Shown here one piece after another: positions 26,987 to 36,407 of a stretch of 64,000 nucleotides of DNA. Each line of letters starts with the position of its first letter. Positions within the stretch are counted from its first letter, which is position 1. This DNA comes from a virus, in the IMG/VR virus record IMGVR_UViG_3300003323_000950, positions 11,659 through 75,658 of that record. One strand, 5' to 3'. A program made the position numbers and the translations under genes. Below the pieces are notes generated by a model. That model worked only from the letters and a program-made list of their open reading frames with translations. It ran no database searches and had not been told where the DNA came from.

Positions 26987-29257
26987 CTATTGTCTGGCGT
27001 CGGCCATTTGTTGTCTTTTAACTACCTGTGAATGTAATAAATCACCATCGAGAAGAACGTTCAGATATATCGGACGATCATCGGTAGTAGTCTTTTGTTG
27101 CTCTTGTCCGGCACCCCAATATTCGCCTCGCATTCCCATCAGCAAAGCCGTCTCGCTACGGTTCTCGTCCATAGCCTTGCCGAATGTATTTGCTACTGAG
27201 AACGGAGTAGCGTTCCTAAACATTTCGCCAGTACGCTGATAGGTATTTTTTATGTTTGCACCTGGAACATAACTCCAGTCTCCGGTTCCAGCAGCTACTG
27301 ACAAACCAGCTGCCCAGGCATTTAAATCTACCATCCTTGTCACTTCTTTAAAGTTTGTGATGATGAATGACATCGTATCAGCGATAGTCGACAATAAAAA
27401 AGCAAGTACACGAAAAGGTGTTGTAAGAACATATATAGCGCCAGCTGCTGTTGTTGCGAGTCCCCTGACAGTACCGAGATTACCAATCGTATCCGAAAAA
27501 GGAATATTTAAGTCAGATAGAACCTGCGCCAAATTATCGAATGATTCACCTACAACCGAGAACATTTCGCGTGCCACGGTATAGATTGAATATAGTCCAT
27601 GAACAAACTCCACGATGAATTCTTTAAACCTGACTATCCATGTGGATAACTTCATCACGAAGTCTAAAATTCCGATACGCTGCAGCGCCGTATACATGTT
27701 TTGAGACAACGTAAACGTTTCGCCATTCCATGATGTGAATATTTCGAATGCAGCCATGGCAACGCCACCAATCTTCTGCATAAGACCTATGAATCCTGTT
27801 AACGGACTTGTTTTACCGCTGAGAACGTCATTGAATTCGTCAATCGATTCTTTGATAAATATTATTGATCCAGCCACAGCAGCAACCGCTGCGATAACCG
27901 GTAGCAATTCTATTGCTAATGCAGCGCCAGCAGTAACCATCGCCCACATTTGAGGAATTAAGATAGATGTTACGAATCCAAGAACTACAAGGCTGGACGC
28001 CACAAGCGCCACACCTGCTGATATACCTACCAACCATTGGCCGAACTTCGTGGAGACAATACTCTGAATACCTTGAACCATATCTCTGAAGGTCTGTGCC
28101 ACTCCGCGGAGCGGACCTTCCTGTATGTCGCCAACCTTAATAAGCAACGTTTGCCAAGCGGAAGACAGGAGTTTTAGATCCATTTTCAGGTTATCCATGA
28201 TACCGGCCGATACCGCCGCCGAAACGCCTTTTGCTTCATTGTTCTTTTTGGTAAAATAATCGAGTGCATCGGCGCCTTTATAAACGACCTTGGTTCCATT
28301 CTCCATTGTTTCGAACTCCAGGTTCATCAACTGTGTCATCTCCTGGATGGCCTCGTTTCCAAATATGGTTGATATGGCCATATCCCGCTGCTGCGGCGTA
28401 AGTCCGGTTATTGATCGTTGGAATCTTCTAACCATCTCAGAAAGACCTACAAACTTGCCCTGTGCATCATAGGAGCTGAAATTCAACTGTGACATCAGAT
28501 CTGCAGCTTGCTTGGTAGGGTGTGACAGGTTGACCAGCGACGTGCCGAATGCCCTGGTACCGACAGAACCTCTCATACCGGAGTTCGCCATCATTTCGAT
28601 GTAGCCAGCCGCCTCTTCAAGACTTATGTTAAATGCCTTCGCCGTAGGACCTAGGTACTTCATGGCGTTCCCGAAGTTCTCGACGGACATATTCGACATG
28701 TTTGCGGCATTCACGATTACGTCGCCTATGCGCTCCATGTCGGATACCTTCAGTCCGAATTGGAACATGGTATCAGACGCTATGCCCGCTGCGTAATCCA
28801 AGCTTACTACGCCGGCTGTAGCCAGGTTTGTAAGGGCGGGTAACATTTCCAATTGCTGGTTGACGGCAAATCCAGCCTGCGCAAGCGTAACTTCCGCCTG
28901 CGCGATTTCCGTGGCATTGTAGATCGTGGTGTTCCCAAGATCGAACGCTGCCTCCTTCAGCTTTACTATTTCCTCTGCGGTAGCCTGGCCTATAGCTCCA
29001 GCTCGAGCTATCTGGAAATTGAATTCGGTTGATGCGCCCAAAGCAGCGATAAATGGCCCAAGCAACGCCGTTACCGTTGCCAGCGTTGCTATAAATCCAG
29101 ATTGTATCTTCTGGGCTGCACCCTGTATGTTGGTCGCTGCTCTGTCTACAGCACCGGAAAGACCATTTATTGAATCTTGAGCCTGCCTTGCTGGAGCGGA
29201 AGCGCCATCCTGAAATACGAAGGAGATACCCATCCCTAGTGATCCTGATCCAAACAT
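26987..29257 (-). CDS. Tape measure protein (TP901-like core)
   Basis: Start probably ATG 29257; LGNTTIYNATEIAQA...LAQAGF, MKYLGP.A, G.RGS..GT, FGNEA; hydrophobic middle. Confidence 0.92.
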   Translation of the reverse strand: MFGSGSLGMGISFVFQDGASAPARQAQDSINGLSGAVDRAATNIQGAAQKIQSGFIATLATVTALLGPFIAALGASTEFNFQIARAGAIGQATAEEIVKLKEAAFDLGNTTIYNATEIAQAEVTLAQAGFAVNQQLEMLPALTNLATAGVVSLDYAAGIASDTMFQFGLKVSDMERIGDVIVNAANMSNMSVENFGNAMKYLGPTAKAFNISLEEAAGYIEMMANSGMRGSVGTRAFGTSLVNLSHPTKQAADLMSQLNFSSYDAQGKFVGLSEMVRRFQRSITGLTPQQRDMAISTIFGNEAIQEMTQLMNLEFETMENGTKVVYKGADALDYFTKKNNEAKGVSAAVSAGIMDNLKMDLKLLSSAWQTLLIKVGDIQEGPLRGVAQTFRDMVQGIQSIVSTKFGQWLVGISAGVALVASSLVVLGFVTSILIPQMWAMVTAGAALAIELLPVIAAVAAVAGSIIFIKESIDEFNDVLSGKTSPLTGFIGLMQKIGGVAMAAFEIFTSWNGETFTLSQNMYTALQRIGILDFVMKLSTWIVRFKEFIVEFVHGLYSIYTVAREMFSVVGESFDNLAQVLSDLNIPFSDTIGNLGTVRGLATTAAGAIYVLTTPFRVLAFLLSTIADTMSFIITNFKEVTRMVDLNAWAAGLSVAAGTGDWSYVPGANIKNTYQRTGEMFRNATPFSVANTFGKAMDENRSETALLMGMRGEYWGAGQEQQKTTTDDRPIYLNVLLDGDLLHSQVVKRQQMADARQ

Positions 29258-29273
29258 AGTATCAAAAATATAC

Positions 29274-29304
29274 AAAAAAAGGGTGCCCTATTTATGAGGC
29301 ACCC
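29274..29304 (-). terminator. Terminator, followed by promoter TATTTTTG (29263-29270) for the tape measure gene
   Basis: GGGTGCCTCATAAATAGGGCACCC plus T7 on the minus strand. Confidence 0.75.
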
Positions 29305-29492
29305 GACCTGGTAGTTTTAGCGTTTTCAATCGCATCACGCTCCTTCTTTTTAGCATTAAGAAGCATTTCCATTAACCGATCTATCTCTTCGAAATACATG
29401 TCCTCCAAATCTTGAATTCTCAGCCCTGATAAGCCGCCATAGTTAAGGTTAAAGAATACATCTATTAGCGACCCAGGGAAGGGAAGAAAAAA
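29292..29492 (-). CDS. -1 frameshift extension of tail assembly chaperone (gpGT-like)
   Basis: Slippery T-TTT-TTC at 29492-29486; the -1 frame is open to TAA at 29294-29292. Confidence 0.8.
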   Translation of the reverse strand, partial: FFLPFPGSLIDVFFNLNYGGLSGLRIQDLEDMYFEEIDRLMEMLLNAKKKERDAIENAKTTRSGAS

Positions 29493-30307
29493 GCTGGCAC
29501 AGTAAGCAGATCAACATTTGCTACATCGCGGCTGTTTAGCTTCTTGATGGAAAGCATGGTGTCGATATTGCCTTCTACATTCTGGAATTCAACACGCAGG
29601 TGCTCTACATCGAGCATGTCAGTCTCTTCTGGATCAATAGCGCGCCATACTTCCTTACCGTCCTGGGATACGCCGAAAAGATACATCGCCCGGTGTATCG
29701 GGAACTGATCATTGATGTTGATTTTGGCTTCCGACTTCGACTTCTCAAGTTCCCGAGCGCCGGTAATCAGTTCCCATTTATACTGGCAGTCAGCTTCAGG
29801 CAGCGTGCCTCTGCGCTCCTTATTGGCCGCAAGCATCTCTTCATAAGAGTCGTATAAAATCGGGAACGGTTTATTATGTCCATCAGGATTATAATCGATG
29901 CCATCTTCCTTTTGCTTGCTCAAGTATTCGCGCATCCATATCGGTGGTGTTACCGGGAAATTCTCCGATGTAAAAGAGATATTATGACTGTCTGTTTGCT
30001 TGGTCTGATCGCCAGGAGAAACGGGCCAGGTATAGGTAAACTCGAAGCTTTCCTTGTACTTCAGAGTATGCTGGCGCCCCACGACGAGCATAAATTTTCT
30101 GTCTACGCTCGTGAGAGTATTGAAGTAATCAGCCGTTAGCTTTTGATTGCTGCCTATCCTGCGGATGGAAGACAAAAGCAACTCATTCAATTTCGCATTG
30201 GAATTTTCCGGCGTCAATTCAGAAATCAGGCGCTGCTGTTTACCTGTATAATTCACCACGGTGAATGCTACACCGGAGGGCGTAACGTAGTCTCTTATCC
30301 TTTCCAT
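29465..30307 (-). CDS. Tail assembly chaperone
   Basis: Between tube and tape measure; ends AFFFP over a slippery site. Confidence 0.8.
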   Translation of the reverse strand: MERIRDYVTPSGVAFTVVNYTGKQQRLISELTPENSNAKLNELLLSSIRRIGSNQKLTADYFNTLTSVDRKFMLVVGRQHTLKYKESFEFTYTWPVSPGDQTKQTDSHNISFTSENFPVTPPIWMREYLSKQKEDGIDYNPDGHNKPFPILYDSYEEMLAANKERRGTLPEADCQYKWELITGARELEKSKSEAKININDQFPIHRAMYLFGVSQDGKEVWRAIDPEETDMLDVEHLRVEFQNVEGNIDTMLSIKKLNSRDVANVDLLTVPAFFFPSLGR

Positions 30308-30348
30308 AAAAAGTTTGATTGTATTTAAAATGTAACACGAAAGTATAT

Positions 30349-30416
30349 AAAAAAACCCCGAGCTAAAAGCCCGGGGCCATCAATCAAACTTTCATGCTGA
30401 CAACGTTGGATTGGCC
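30349..30416 (-). terminator. Terminator after the tube gene, preceded by a hairpin carrying an anti-leader sequence
   Basis: CCCCGGGCT-TTT-AGCTCGGGG plus T7; upstream ATGAAAGTTTGATTGAT. Confidence 0.75.
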
Positions 30417-30430
30417 GCGGTCAGGTCGGT

Positions 30431-30961
30431 TTATCCCAACGATGCGCCGGCTAGGAAAGCGACGCCACCAGCGCGAGCAGCTGAGCCTGCAAACAAAGCC
30501 TGCAAGCCTGGAGAATCCTTCGGGTAATAGAATTGGGTGGCGAAAGTAACGGTTTCAATGAAATTTTCGCCGTCACCGTTTGAATTTAAGTTACTCGGGG
30601 AAATCTTCATCGGCCATATGTCGCCCAGGAAGAAAGTTTGAATGGTAGTAACACCATCGTTGGCCAGGTGCTTCAAGAAGCCTGTTTTAATGAAGTCTTT
30701 ACGGATGCCGGCCACGCCTTCAGCGAACCAGTCCCATGCCCACGTATCAGCCTGGGTTGCCGGGCATAGTTTCTTCACAACCAAATCACCAACCTTCATT
30801 CTACCAGGTGTTTTGGCATTGGGGATATTCGCGGGCGCGCCGTGTTCGATCTTTGCATATTCTACATCCGGTGCCTGCACTTCCTGAATGAGGAACATGT
30901 TAATACCATCGATTTCAAGTATGTAGCGGAAGTTTTTCCGCGGGTTTGCTAATCCTGACAT
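30431..30961 (-). CDS. Tail tube protein (T4 gp19-like)
   Basis: NPRKNFRYILEIDG, KTPGRMKVGDLVVKK, WAWDW, WPMKI. Confidence 0.92.
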   Translation of the reverse strand: MSGLANPRKNFRYILEIDGINMFLIQEVQAPDVEYAKIEHGAPANIPNAKTPGRMKVGDLVVKKLCPATQADTWAWDWFAEGVAGIRKDFIKTGFLKHLANDGVTTIQTFFLGDIWPMKISPSNLNSNGDGENFIETVTFATQFYYPKDSPGLQALFAGSAARAGGVAFLAGASLG

Positions 30962-30972
30962 GGTTTTATTGT

Positions 30973-32547
30973 TTAAACTTCGCTTACTACAAATTTAACT
31001 GAATTAGAATCCGTGGGCGTCACATCGATCGCTATAGCTTCAGTAGCTACAATCGGAACGAATACAAAGCGGGCGCGGTACTTGCCGGCGTCGAGGTCCT
31101 GCTGAGTATTCAGCTTGGCATCTTCGCGACGATCAGCGTTTTGATCACCTTGCCAGAACCAGTTCGTGTCTTCGCCTGGTACAATTGCTTGGTTTTCCTC
31201 GAGCGATGTAATAAACGGTAGCACTCTGCGGTACATCGCTTTCCACATGATCGGGTTGTTCGGGTCAAACTGCCCAGGACGAATGAGCGGGCGCAGGCTT
31301 CTCATGATGAATACGCAAAGATCCCCGACGTTAGAGAACTTCAAAAGACTGGATGTATTCTTCCACAGAGACCTGTTGCCGTAGAACATGGTTCCAAAAG
31401 AGTCGTCCTGTACTACCGGGTTGATACCTTTCGGGTAAATACGATCGAAGTCGGCCGCATTTGCCTGTGATATTAAATTGAACGGGACGCCGTTGTTAGG
31501 GCTGATTACCACACCTCGCTCCGAGCCAGCGTCAGACCACCACGCGCCATATTTGGCGTCCACGCGCAGACGGTTAGCGAATACGTCTACTACGCCAGGA
31601 ATGTCAAAAGTCTTGTCTCTGTTTACGCTGTCGGTGATGTTCACATCACAAGCCACCAGGCGGCCGACCCATTCATTATGGGCAGTATGCACATAAGGGC
31701 TCAAGCCATCGCGGTAGTTCTCAAGACCGGTAGCATTTATGCCGAGAGGTGTTCCGATGTGGTAGGTAGCATCGCCGCGCGCCACTACATAGGCACGAAG
31801 ACCCTCGTCTACGTCATCATCACCAACCGCGCCGATGTTCGCGAAGCGGTATGAATCCGTAATCTTGTCAGCTACAAACCATCCATTTTGGCCCGCTGCA
31901 GTTCCTGTCCAGTCAGCCGCTACGATGTCGGTGATTACCTGGGCACCGGTAGCGAGCGTTCCAGTTCCGTTTTCGATTTGCGTCGCAATGCTCACGAGCT
32001 CAACACCAGCGCCTTTGCCCTTAAGAAGGTTGTTGAAATCTGCAATAGCCGCAGTATTCATAGTGCGGGGTATATCGTATACCGTTACAGATATATCAGA
32101 ATCGGTCAGCTGGATAGTGATGTCTTTGGCGTTGGCAAGTCCGGAAGCAGCGTTTACGATTGTGATCGTGGTGCCGTTATAACCGTCTCCAACTTCTTCC
32201 GCGCGCCAAACAGAGTTATTGGTAGTTACCGTTATGGTCGCTGTGGCCTTTGTTCCTGCAAGCGTGGATTTGTCTGTTACCGTAGCGTAATGGCCTGCGC
32301 GGATGACATAGAATTTAGCGCCGGCCCTGATCATTCGCAAGGCGTATGTTACGCCTTTATCATCGGTCCTCTCTCCTCCGAGCTTACGAACAAAACTCTG
32401 CGGGTCACCGACAAAAATAGGTGTGCCGATTTTGCCTCGCTTCGTTATCAGCTGAATGACACCGATACCTCCTATCGGCGTGTCTTTAAGGATTGACCTG
32501 TCTACAACGCCGATAATTACTTTCGGCGCACCAGTTAATTCTGCCAT
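30973..32547 (-). CDS. Tail sheath protein
   Basis: GAWWSDAG..RG, GINPVV, YGNRSL, FDPNNP.MW; directly upstream of the tube. Confidence 0.92.
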   Translation of the reverse strand: MAELTGAPKVIIGVVDRSILKDTPIGGIGVIQLITKRGKIGTPIFVGDPQSFVRKLGGERTDDKGVTYALRMIRAGAKFYVIRAGHYATVTDKSTLAGTKATATITVTTNNSVWRAEEVGDGYNGTTITIVNAASGLANAKDITIQLTDSDISVTVYDIPRTMNTAAIADFNNLLKGKGAGVELVSIATQIENGTGTLATGAQVITDIVAADWTGTAAGQNGWFVADKITDSYRFANIGAVGDDDVDEGLRAYVVARGDATYHIGTPLGINATGLENYRDGLSPYVHTAHNEWVGRLVACDVNITDSVNRDKTFDIPGVVDVFANRLRVDAKYGAWWSDAGSERGVVISPNNGVPFNLISQANAADFDRIYPKGINPVVQDDSFGTMFYGNRSLWKNTSSLLKFSNVGDLCVFIMRSLRPLIRPGQFDPNNPIMWKAMYRRVLPFITSLEENQAIVPGEDTNWFWQGDQNADRREDAKLNTQQDLDAGKYRARFVFVPIVATEAIAIDVTPTDSNSVKFVVSEV

Positions 32548-32572
32548 TGTGATGAATTGGGTTTTGGTTATT

Positions 32573-32580
32573 CAAATGTA
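32573..32580 (-). promoter_or_regulatory. -7 promoter element for the sheath-tube operon
   Basis: TACATTTG on the minus strand, without the second operator half. Confidence 0.6.
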
Positions 32581-32595
32581 GTAATTTTTATATCC

Positions 32596-33975
32596 CTAAG
32601 ATATAACACCGATTTTGCGCATGTACTTGGTTATCTCTCTGTTAAACTCCTTGATTTCAATGCCCTTCAGGCCGGCGCCACATGCTGAAAAGAGGATGCT
32701 TCCAGAGGTGCTATCGCCGATTGCCGTACCGTTTTCATCTCCGATATTCAGTTCATATATGTTGCCGTTCGGTATTAACGTCGGCTCTTCCTGCAAGAAT
32801 CCTATAACGTCATCTCCTTCATATAGCTCCATCACAAATCTATCCCTACGGTTAAGTGTATACAAAGTGTTAGGCTTGATTTCGCGCGCAACGGATAAAT
32901 CGTCTGTAGAATTACCTTGCGCAATAATGTTAGTGAGATCACGCTGTAATAAAAAAGACGTATATCCTTGGGAAGAGTCTTGAATTCCAAACAGATCTAA
33001 TATCTGACCTGCCGGCGCTTCACCGACCCATATCATGTACGAATAGCTTGTTAGATTAAATTGGCTGGCTGCATTACGGCGCGTGTTCAAATACTGGCCG
33101 ATGGCCGACTTACGATACCCACGAAACGGAAAAAACGTGAGCCCTAAATTGACAGCCACAGAATTGGGATTCAGGATATCGACCAGCGCTTCTGCCTCGG
33201 TGTTCCTGGTGTAAAGGCGCGCCGAGAACATTTTATTCCACGCTGCGAGATCGTGCACCAAGCCGTGAAAGTAATCAAACGGTCTCTGCGAAACAGATAA
33301 CACATCATTGCCGGCATCTGGATACTGAACATCATATCCGCGCGGGCCGATGTTTTCCACCAATCCGATTTCTTTCGCCGCTGGAATATTCTCTTCCGCG
33401 GTGCCGAGTCCTTCATCCAGGATTACATCCGAAACGGTGAACATGAAAACTCGCTCGATGTAGTCTCCATCAGATAAATCTGCCGGTTCACCCGTGCTGA
33501 ATAACCAGAAGCTTTCCGACAAGTTCGTGAGATTATCATCATCGGTAATGCCAAATATGGATACTCGATCCATTTGGACAAGCATATTTATAATTCGATC
33601 CAACTTCACATTGTCGCATACGAATCGAATCTCATAGTCTATGTTTTTTGATGCCTCTGGCGTAACGAGTTTATCGTAGGTCAGATCGCTATTCAATTGG
33701 AATTCGAACGGATGCGCATATCCAACACTACCACCATACACCGCTGTCCGGCTGATGATTATGTTGTTCTTCTTTAGTTCGCTACGGTCCTTAAAATTGC
33801 CTACGCTAAACACATCAATTCTGTCGTCTTCGGGAATCGCTGCGAGGGCAGCATCAAAACCAACCTGGTCGTTTGCTGCAATAAAGGCTCTCTCGTTTGG
33901 CCAACGTCCAGTTTTAATAACCTTGTCTTTGAGATACCAAAATATGGCCCGATCTATGTTTTCAAGCGTAAGCAT
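32596..33975 (-). CDS. Tail terminator/neck protein with C-terminal ConA/LamG-like domain
   Basis: Position before the sheath; N-half IDYEIRFV...YIERVFMFTV; beta-rich C-half resembles the C-terminus of 47113..48969. Confidence 0.6.
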   Translation of the reverse strand: MLTLENIDRAIFWYLKDKVIKTGRWPNERAFIAANDQVGFDAALAAIPEDDRIDVFSVGNFKDRSELKKNNIIISRTAVYGGSVGYAHPFEFQLNSDLTYDKLVTPEASKNIDYEIRFVCDNVKLDRIINMLVQMDRVSIFGITDDDNLTNLSESFWLFSTGEPADLSDGDYIERVFMFTVSDVILDEGLGTAEENIPAAKEIGLVENIGPRGYDVQYPDAGNDVLSVSQRPFDYFHGLVHDLAAWNKMFSARLYTRNTEAEALVDILNPNSVAVNLGLTFFPFRGYRKSAIGQYLNTRRNAASQFNLTSYSYMIWVGEAPAGQILDLFGIQDSSQGYTSFLLQRDLTNIIAQGNSTDDLSVAREIKPNTLYTLNRRDRFVMELYEGDDVIGFLQEEPTLIPNGNIYELNIGDENGTAIGDSTSGSILFSACGAGLKGIEIKEFNREITKYMRKIGVIS

Positions 33976-33978
33976 AAT

Positions 33979-34566
33979 TTATCCTTTGCCTCCTGTTCTT
34001 CTCTTAAACTGGTCCAATACCTCGCGGCTGAAAAGTTCTGTCTTTATCAGCCATTCTCTCACTTCTTTGTAAACCGGCCTCCATAGCGGTCTGGCTGGGA
34101 TACCCTTCTTTACTGAACCATACTCCATAGTTTTAGCTATATCTGAAATGGCTAATTTTTTGGATGATGATTCTGAAGGTCTATTCCTTTTCGGATTCTT
34201 GCGCCGGCCGTTCTTAGACTTTGGCGTCTTCATCACACCTGAGTTTTTATAGAAAGACTTTCTAAATACCCCAGCGTAAGATTTTTTACCACCTGTATCA
34301 ATATCACTTGTTATAGCTTGCATCATTTGTGAAGATGATATAAGCGTTTTTTCGCTCAATCCGGAGGCTATTTTTGATTTTAAATATTCTTCGCTCAGTG
34401 GTTTCCATCCAAGATCCTGATCGCGTAAATGCCGGACAGCCCTGGCTTCAGCCTCTGCTGCCGTTTTAATAAGAGCCCGCCGAGCGCCAACTGAAATATC
34501 TTCCGGGAAACTGTTCACCAGTCTATGAACAATATTCCAGTCGCCAGTTTTCTTAAGATCAATCAT
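33979..34566 (-). CDS. Neck/tail completion protein
   Basis: WKPLS..Y...K...LI....M..AI, EYGS...IPARPLWRP. Confidence 0.8.
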   Translation of the reverse strand: MIDLKKTGDWNIVHRLVNSFPEDISVGARRALIKTAAEAEARAVRHLRDQDLGWKPLSEEYLKSKIASGLSEKTLISSSQMMQAITSDIDTGGKKSYAGVFRKSFYKNSGVMKTPKSKNGRRKNPKRNRPSESSSKKLAISDIAKTMEYGSVKKGIPARPLWRPVYKEVREWLIKTELFSREVLDQFKRRTGGKG

Positions 34567-35030
34567 TTCAAGTCCTTTTTGTACCTCACCTTTATAAGCT
34601 GATAATTAGCTACGGATGGACCAGACGTAGGGCCAACGAGATTTACTCCCATGATGGTTACCTCTTCGCCAGAATCCAACTTGAACGAGTCTTTATTGGC
34701 AACGAATACAGGCTCACCGCCAACTATTAGCGGCGGATTGTGCATAAGTAAATCATCGTAATAAAAGTATAGCACACCCATTGAATTATCCACGGCTCCG
34801 CTCTTGCTTATCGTTATCTCCGAGTCCGTGTCGTCTTTATTTTCAGGCACTTGAAGCGCCGATAGCGGATACTCAACAGCTTCCAGATCCTCGGACCTGT
34901 CTTCATGAAATTTAGATAGCGTGCGCGTGCGGCGCTGTATATAGATTATCGGGAACTTAAAAAACGTATCTCGTAAATCTTTAATGGCCGACCTGAAAGA
35001 GTTCCAATCATTTGCTGATAGTAAATCCAT
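34563..35030 (-). CDS. Head closure protein (by synteny)
   Basis: Position and size between adaptor and neck genes. Confidence 0.55.
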   Translation of the reverse strand: MDLLSANDWNSFRSAIKDLRDTFFKFPIIYIQRRTRTLSKFHEDRSEDLEAVEYPLSALQVPENKDDTDSEITISKSGAVDNSMGVLYFYYDDLLMHNPPLIVGGEPVFVANKDSFKLDSGEEVTIMGVNLVGPTSGPSVANYQLIKVRYKKDLK

Positions 35031-35031
35031 T

Positions 35032-35565
35032 TTATGACGGGTTGTGGTGCCACAAGTTCAAATCACAAGCAGGGAAATCACTCCCTTTCACGAATGCTGG
35101 TATAACAGGGTCATCGCATACGCACCATGGTATAGAATACGATAGCTTTCTGGCCATTCCACATATCTCCAGCAGCAGATCCGCCATAAACGCATCTGAA
35201 GCCATCAGGAACGAGCTCCCATCACTTGCCTTTATGATCTGGAATTCGGCTTCAACAACGTCGGCTTTGGCTCTCTTGAGTACCTTGGAACCGCCACCTG
35301 AAGATCCGCTTGTTCCGTCGCCAGCCATGTTGAGAACGATTTTGTTCTTGAGCAACTGGTAGCAGACCATCGCGGCAATGAGCATGTTTTGATACGCCGT
35401 GTAGTTCGACTCTGTCTCTACATCAGCAGCATCGCTCTTTCCGGTTTCGCTCTGTATCAAATAGCAGATCATTACCCGTTGCCGCTCAATTATGGGATCG
35501 TTCGAAGGATCGCTCAAATACGGCAATCGGTCCTTAACCATTACAACTACGCTCGAAATAGCCAT
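35032..35565 (-). CDS. Head-tail adaptor (by synteny)
   Basis: Helical N-terminus, KRAKADVVEAEF hairpin; follows the capsid genes. Confidence 0.6.
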   Translation of the reverse strand: MAISSVVVMVKDRLPYLSDPSNDPIIERQRVMICYLIQSETGKSDAADVETESNYTAYQNMLIAAMVCYQLLKNKIVLNMAGDGTSGSSGGGSKVLKRAKADVVEAEFQIIKASDGSSFLMASDAFMADLLLEICGMARKLSYSIPWCVCDDPVIPAFVKGSDFPACDLNLWHHNPS

Positions 35566-35597
35566 ATATCCATAATTTTTTGATTGCGTAAGGTACC

Positions 35598-35625
35598 AAA
35601 AGAAAATGCCCTTGCGGGCATTTTT
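35598..35625 (-). terminator. Terminator of the capsid operon
   Basis: AAAATGCCC-GCAA-GGGCATTTTCTTTT. Confidence 0.75.
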
Positions 35626-35892
35626 CTACTTCTTCAGTTTTGCTTCCTTGGGCGGATCGATAAAGGCTGTGCCGCTGAGGTTCATGCCATCGTCTTCTGT
35701 GTTATCCTCCGATTCCTTCAGAAGATTAGGCGGTAGGTCATAGGCTGGCACTTTTTCAATCAAGTTGATGGAAATGGCGTCTTTCAGCCTCTGCGTTTCT
35801 TCGACGTGAAAAATTTCGTGACCCGTCAAAACCACGCCATCATTCTTGAACTTGTTCCGCGGATCTTTCATCCGGACATATACCTTCCCCAT
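35626..35892 (-). CDS. Hypothetical head-module protein
   Basis: 88 aa; N-terminus loosely resembles 35900..36355 (VEETQRL / LAETERV). Confidence 0.65.
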   Translation of the reverse strand: MGKVYVRMKDPRNKFKNDGVVLTGHEIFHVEETQRLKDAISINLIEKVPAYDLPPNLLKESEDNTEDDGMNLSGTAFIDPPKEAKLKK

Positions 35893-35899
35893 AACCTAC

Positions 35900-36355
35900 C
35901 TATTTTTTAGGAGCTGATGCGTTGGCGGCTGCAGCCTCGAGCTCGTTGATACGGGCGCGTAGCTTATCGTTCTCGGACTTGGTAGCTTCGGCATCGGCTT
36001 GTGCCTTTTTAGCTTCTTCAAGCTTTATTTCAGCCTCCTTCAATGCTACCCGGTTTTCTTCTTCTTTGACGGCTGCAGCCTCCAAAGTTTTGTTTGCTGC
36101 GCTGATTTCTTTTGCAGCCTTAGCGTCAGCCTCAAAGCGATTTTTGTCATAGCGCTCAGCCTTTTCTTTCGCTTCGGATTCACTTAAAGAAATCAGACCT
36201 CCGGCACGGCGGGCGTGCATAACCCTTTCGGTTTCTGCTAACTGCTTTACCTGACCACGGTAAAGCGTTTGCTGATCCTCGCGTGGCTGGGTGGGGTCCC
36301 AGAATATCGACGCCGATCCACCGAGCTCATAGTATTTTTCGTTTTCGTTTTCCAT
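35900..36355 (-). CDS. Hypothetical head-module protein with coiled-coil tail
   Basis: Directly after the major capsid gene. Confidence 0.7.
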   Translation of the reverse strand: MENENEKYYELGGSASIFWDPTQPREDQQTLYRGQVKQLAETERVMHARRAGGLISLSESEAKEKAERYDKNRFEADAKAAKEISAANKTLEAAAVKEEENRVALKEAEIKLEEAKKAQADAEATKSENDKLRARINELEAAAANASAPKK

Positions 36356-36407
36356 AATTGGTTTTTAGTGACTAAAAATAAATTATAATACCCTGGTCTA
36401 TCAGGTC

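Noticed and set aside
20786-32547. Stand-alone extracellular contractile injection system or tailocin
   Set aside because: Capsid, portal, protease, terminase and replication genes are present, so this is a phage.
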